A DNA stretch of 64,000 nucleotides from Nemertoderma westbladi (taxonomy: Eukaryota > Animalia > Xenacoelomorpha). The stretch lies in the NCBI GenBank assembly GCA_032718475.1, contig JAUCBJ010009120.1, forward strand, positions 1 to 64,000, in the 5' to 3' direction. Every line of letters starts with the position of its first letter. The stretch's first letter is position 1. The notes beneath the pieces were generated by a model. The model was not told the origin of the DNA and ran no database searches. It saw only the letters and a program-made list of their open reading frames with translations. A program made the translations under genes and the position numbers. This document shows positions 62,901 through 64,000 of this stretch, in pieces.

Positions 62901-63665
62901 TTTCCTCGCGGGTTGGGTGAGTCATTGAGTTTCCTCGCGGGTTGGGTGAGTCATTGAGCTTCCTCACGAGTTGAGTGAGTCATTGAGTTTCCTCGCGGGT
63001 TGGGTGAGTCATTGAGTCTCCTCGCGGGTTGGGTGAGTCATTGAGTTTCCTCGCGGGTTGGGTGAGTCATTGAGTTTCCTCGGGGATTAATCTGCTCCAC
63101 TATGAATTACGTGAGCCAGGGATATTCTTATAAGCATAAGCGATTATATTACAGTAATGCGTGAAGCTATTTTGAGCGACTGTTTATTTGATTTTACTTT
63201 TTCCCCCAGGCGACTTTGCTGTACTGTTAAGCAGCGGTATGTCGGCCCGACAAGCGCTGGTTTACGCCGGTCTCTCTTCCTTTCTCAGCTACGTAGGATT
63301 GGTGATTGGGCTTCTAACCGGAGCAATTTCCGGGTCCACACTCTACATATTCGCACTGGCCGGTGGTTTATTTCTATATATCGCCTTGGTTGATATGGTA
63401 AGTTTAGTGTTTGTTACTCTGTTAGGTTTCTCCTTGGTTGTCTAAAACTCCGCGGTTACAATGTCGGTTACAATGTCGGTTACAATATTTTAATGTTCCT
63501 TCGTAGATTCCCCACATGCAGTCCACTGCTCTGTCTGACCAACGAGAACACAACAGCAGTATGGGTGCCTTACTAATCGCCCAGGCTACCGGGTTGCTTT
63601 CCGGTCTAGCCATTATGGTTCTCATAGCAACGTTCGAGGATGACCTCAGCTTTGACCTCGAATAG
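2781..63665 (+). CDS. SLC39A10-like: Multi-exon LIV-1 subfamily ZIP zinc transporter (ZIP6/ZIP10/fear-of-intimacy-like), 5'-partial; 11 exons, 646 aa visible
   Basis: join(2781..2901,9569..9830,12950..13070,14186..14417,14712..14881,15192..15300,36939..37073,39813..39960,40075..40370,63210..63397,63507..63665) = 1941 nt, open frame, all introns GT-AG, phases 1,2,0,1,0,1,1,2,1,0. Family motifs: CPTLLFQID (CPALLYQ-type), LAIGTLSGDALLHLIPH, His-rich loop GHGHSSSHGHSHG, ILGDGFHNFIDG, CHELPHELGDFAVLL, GLFLYIALVDM. Exact paralogue is inferred. Start codon and signal peptide not found in the window. Confidence 0.93.
4114..4185 (-). mobile_element. tRNA-derived SINE head remnant
   Basis: Minus strand has A-box-like TGTTGGAGTGG and B-box GGTTCAAATCC; no intact cloverleaf. 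Another B-box (GGTTCGAATCC, minus strand) lies near 3144-3154. Confidence 0.4.
4455..4798 (+). repeat. Compound 12/13-bp minisatellite (CCATGTACCATCT / CCTGTATCATCT), often in a 37-bp trimer
   Basis: Visible periodicity; explains three overlapping low-complexity ORFs. Confidence 0.95.
6265..7663. mobile_element. Two inverted fragments of one repeat family (6265-6422 vs 7305-7459); right copy extends to about 7663
   Basis: About 155-bp diverged reverse-complement match (AATCCAAAATTGCAATCCCGATCCCGAAAAACGGGAT...); clusters of CGGGAT/ATCCCG motifs typical of subterminal repeats; no TSD found. Confidence 0.6.
9569..9830 (+). CDS. ZIP transporter ectodomain exon B (DSSDSAGVYN...HSVPKKHR)
   Basis: Acceptor ttatttag, donor AG|gtgagt; contains ORF 9640..9834 in the same frame; phases 1/2 fit neighbours. 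Confidence 0.72.
11026..11285 (+). repeat. 26-bp minisatellite, 10 copies
   Basis: (TTACTTTGGTGGCGTTGAGCACCGGG)x10 with few substitutions. Confidence 0.97.
12950..13070 (+). CDS. ZIP transporter ectodomain exon C (RAKKFRQRRRTDV...IKSATK)
   Basis: Acceptor aatctatag, donor AAG|gtgagt; phases 2/0 fit neighbours; joins to give K-CLTPE. Confidence 0.75.
13741..14047. mobile_element. MITE (about 307 bp), superfamily uncertain
   Basis: TIRs AAGGCCCGTTCACATCCAACGG / CCGTTGGATGTGAACGGGGCTT (one mismatch), flanked by TA on both sides; internal GC-rich palindromic motifs (CGGTACACCG, CGGTACCG). Confidence 0.78.
14186..14417 (+). CDS. ZIP exon D, PAL-motif region (CLTPEVLW...FQEVCPTLLFQID...)
   Basis: Acceptor acttttcag, donor A|gtaagt; CPxLLxQID motif of LIV-1 ZIPs. 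Confidence 0.92.
14712..14881 (+). CDS. ZIP exon E, TM1-TM2 (IWGFATLS...GDALLHLIPH)
   Basis: Acceptor tatttatag, donor CAC|gtgagt; conserved GTLSGDALLHLIPH. Confidence 0.95.
15192..15300 (+). CDS. ZIP exon F (AMANIDHAEH...VIWKGCLALLG); its last 11 nt are unit 1 of array 1
   Basis: Acceptor aatccgcag, donor TTAG|gtgagt; WKG motif at the start of TM3. Confidence 0.92.
15290..36609 (+). repeat. Array 1: about 21.3-kb satellite of the exon F/intron junction (27-bp unit, 32-bp variants)
   Basis: Unit GGCCTTGTTAG|GTGAGTGAGTAGGG(G/A/C)C; variants with 5-nt insertions (GTGGT, GAGGT). First unit overlaps the exon end GGCCTTATTAG. About 750 units by length/period. Confidence 0.99.
36939..37073 (+). 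CDS. ZIP exon G (GIFSFMLVEKVIDF...MRSVIG)
   Basis: Acceptor tttccctgctacttttag; completes TM3 as LLG-IFSFMLVEK; donor G|gttagt; phases 1/1. Not in the ORF track. Confidence 0.87.
37123..39663. mobile_element. Non-autonomous foldback/Mutator-like element (2541 bp)
   Basis: Perfect 9-bp TSD CGTTGCATT (37114-37122, 39664-39672); imperfect TIRs GGGTGGGTGTAAAACGCG / CGCGTTTTACTCTGACCC; modular GTGTAAAACGCGGATT repeats forward in the left arm and inverted in the right arm. Confidence 0.82.
37290..39290 (+). repeat. 53-bp tandem array (about 37 copies) inside the foldback-like element
   Basis: Unit GGATCCGGGAAGGGGTGTAAAACGCGGATTCAAGTTAATTACCAAGTTTTATT. Confidence 0.97.
39813..39960 (+). CDS. ZIP exon H, cytoplasmic loop (GNKLVSHQNY...DSLYSKS)
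   Basis: Acceptor ttttatatgtag, donor AG|gtgaga; phases 1/2 bridge exons G and I. Confidence 0.8.
40075..40370 (+). CDS. ZIP exon I, His-rich loop plus TM4-TM5 (...GDGFHNFIDG...CHELPHELG); last 19 nt are unit 1 of array 2
   Basis: Acceptor ttctatatcactag, donor TTAG|gtgagt; LIV-1 HExPHExGD signature split by the intron. Confidence 0.95.
40352..63082 (+). repeat. Array 2: about 22.7-kb satellite of the exon I/intron junction (29-bp unit)
   Basis: Unit GAGCTTCCTCACGAGTTAG|GTGAGTC(ATT/AAT/CAT/AGT); period 29 (40352, 40381...). About 780 units by length/period; contains an N gap. Confidence 0.99.
60868..60967. other. Assembly gap (100 N) inside array 2
   Basis: Run of exactly 100 N, usually a placeholder for unknown size. 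Confidence 0.99.
63210..63397 (+). CDS. ZIP exon J, TM5-TM7 (GDFAVLLSSG...LYIALVDM)
   Basis: Acceptor ttttactttttcccccag; restores HELG-DFAVLL; donor ATG|gtaagt. Confidence 0.95.
63453..63488 (+). repeat. 12-bp triplication (CGGTTACAATGT)x3 in the last intron
   Basis: Seen directly; third copy has one mismatch. Confidence 0.9.
63507..63665 (+). CDS. ZIP terminal exon K, TM8 (IPHMQS...GLLSGLAIMVLIATFEDDLSFDLE*)
   Basis: Acceptor gttccttcgtag; typical ZIP C-terminus; TAG at 63663-63665. Confidence 0.93.
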   Translation: MPHMQSTALSDQREHNSSMGALLIAQATGLLSGLAIMVLIATFEDDLSFDLE

Positions 63666-63892
63666 TCCATCGTGTATAGACATGGGAACTTACAGGGCTG
63701 ATCCGCGTAGTCATACCGACTTGAACCGGAAGTCCACCGCTTAGAAGAATTTTTAAAGATCTGTTACATGGATTTAATATTGTTATTGTAAGGAAAGAAG
63801 AGTTTTACATTGAAAACAATAGTGTTCTGTAAATAAGAGTTTAATAACTGATCATTCATATTAATACAGATTTTCCTTATTTTGCCAAAAAA

Positions 63893-63915
63893 AATAAATG
63901 TTAAATTAAAATAAA
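63893..63915 (+). promoter_or_regulatory. Candidate polyadenylation signals
   Basis: AATAAA at 63893-63898 and 63910-63915, about 230 nt after the stop. AT-rich context makes chance occurrence possible. Confidence 0.4.
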
Positions 63916-64000
63916 TGCATTAACGACGGATTAGTTTCCCAGTTTTTATTTTTACCCCTAACATCACATTGTAAATCACAAAATGTAAGATGATTATAAA

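Noticed and set aside
15290-63082. CRISPR array interpretation of the 27-32-bp repeats
   Set aside because: Units are contiguous with no unique spacers, there are no cas genes, and the context is a spliced eukaryotic gene.
15290-63082. Telomeric or interstitial telomeric repeat
   Set aside because: TTAGG occurs once per unit and is explained by exon TTA-G plus intron GT; there is no (TTAGG)n or (TTAGGG)n run.
40371-63082. AP-1 site cluster (TGAGTCA in many array 2 units)
   Set aside because: A by-product of the donor GTGAGT plus CA, and lost in the abundant TGAGTCC units; no support for function.
15301-63209. New introns created by tandem duplication of an exonic AGGT
   Set aside because: Sequence after GT in each unit does not match the next exon, and each intron ends in unique sequence with its own polypyrimidine acceptor, so the introns predate the arrays.
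2781-63665. Pseudogene status
   Set aside because: All exons are open and phase-compatible with intact motifs; expression still needs RNA evidence.

Overview
AT-rich eukaryotic (probably invertebrate animal) genomic DNA. It carries one + strand multi-exon gene, a LIV-1-subfamily ZIP zinc transporter (SLC39A6/10/foi-like). I traced 11 coding exons by eye (2781-63665). All have GT-AG boundaries and consistent phases, giving a 5'-partial ORF of 1941 nt (646 aa plus stop) with CPTLLFQID, GDGFHNFIDG and CHELPHELGDF motifs. About 44 kb of the 64 kb is two unrelated giant intronic satellites. Each is a tandem amplification of an exon 3' end plus its own 5' splice site: a 27-bp unit GGCCTTGTTAG|GTGAGTGAGTAGGG(G/A)C (15290-36609) and a 29-bp unit GAGCTTCCTCACGAGTTAG|GTGAGTCA(T/A)T (40352-63082). 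Each has roughly 750-780 units (length divided by period). Only the first donor of each array keeps the reading frame open. Other introns hold a hAT-like element (8-bp TSD), a foldback/Mutator-like element (9-bp TSD, internal 53-bp array), MITE-like and SINE-like remnants and small minisatellites. There is a 100-N gap in the second array. All calls are from manual reading; no database search was run.
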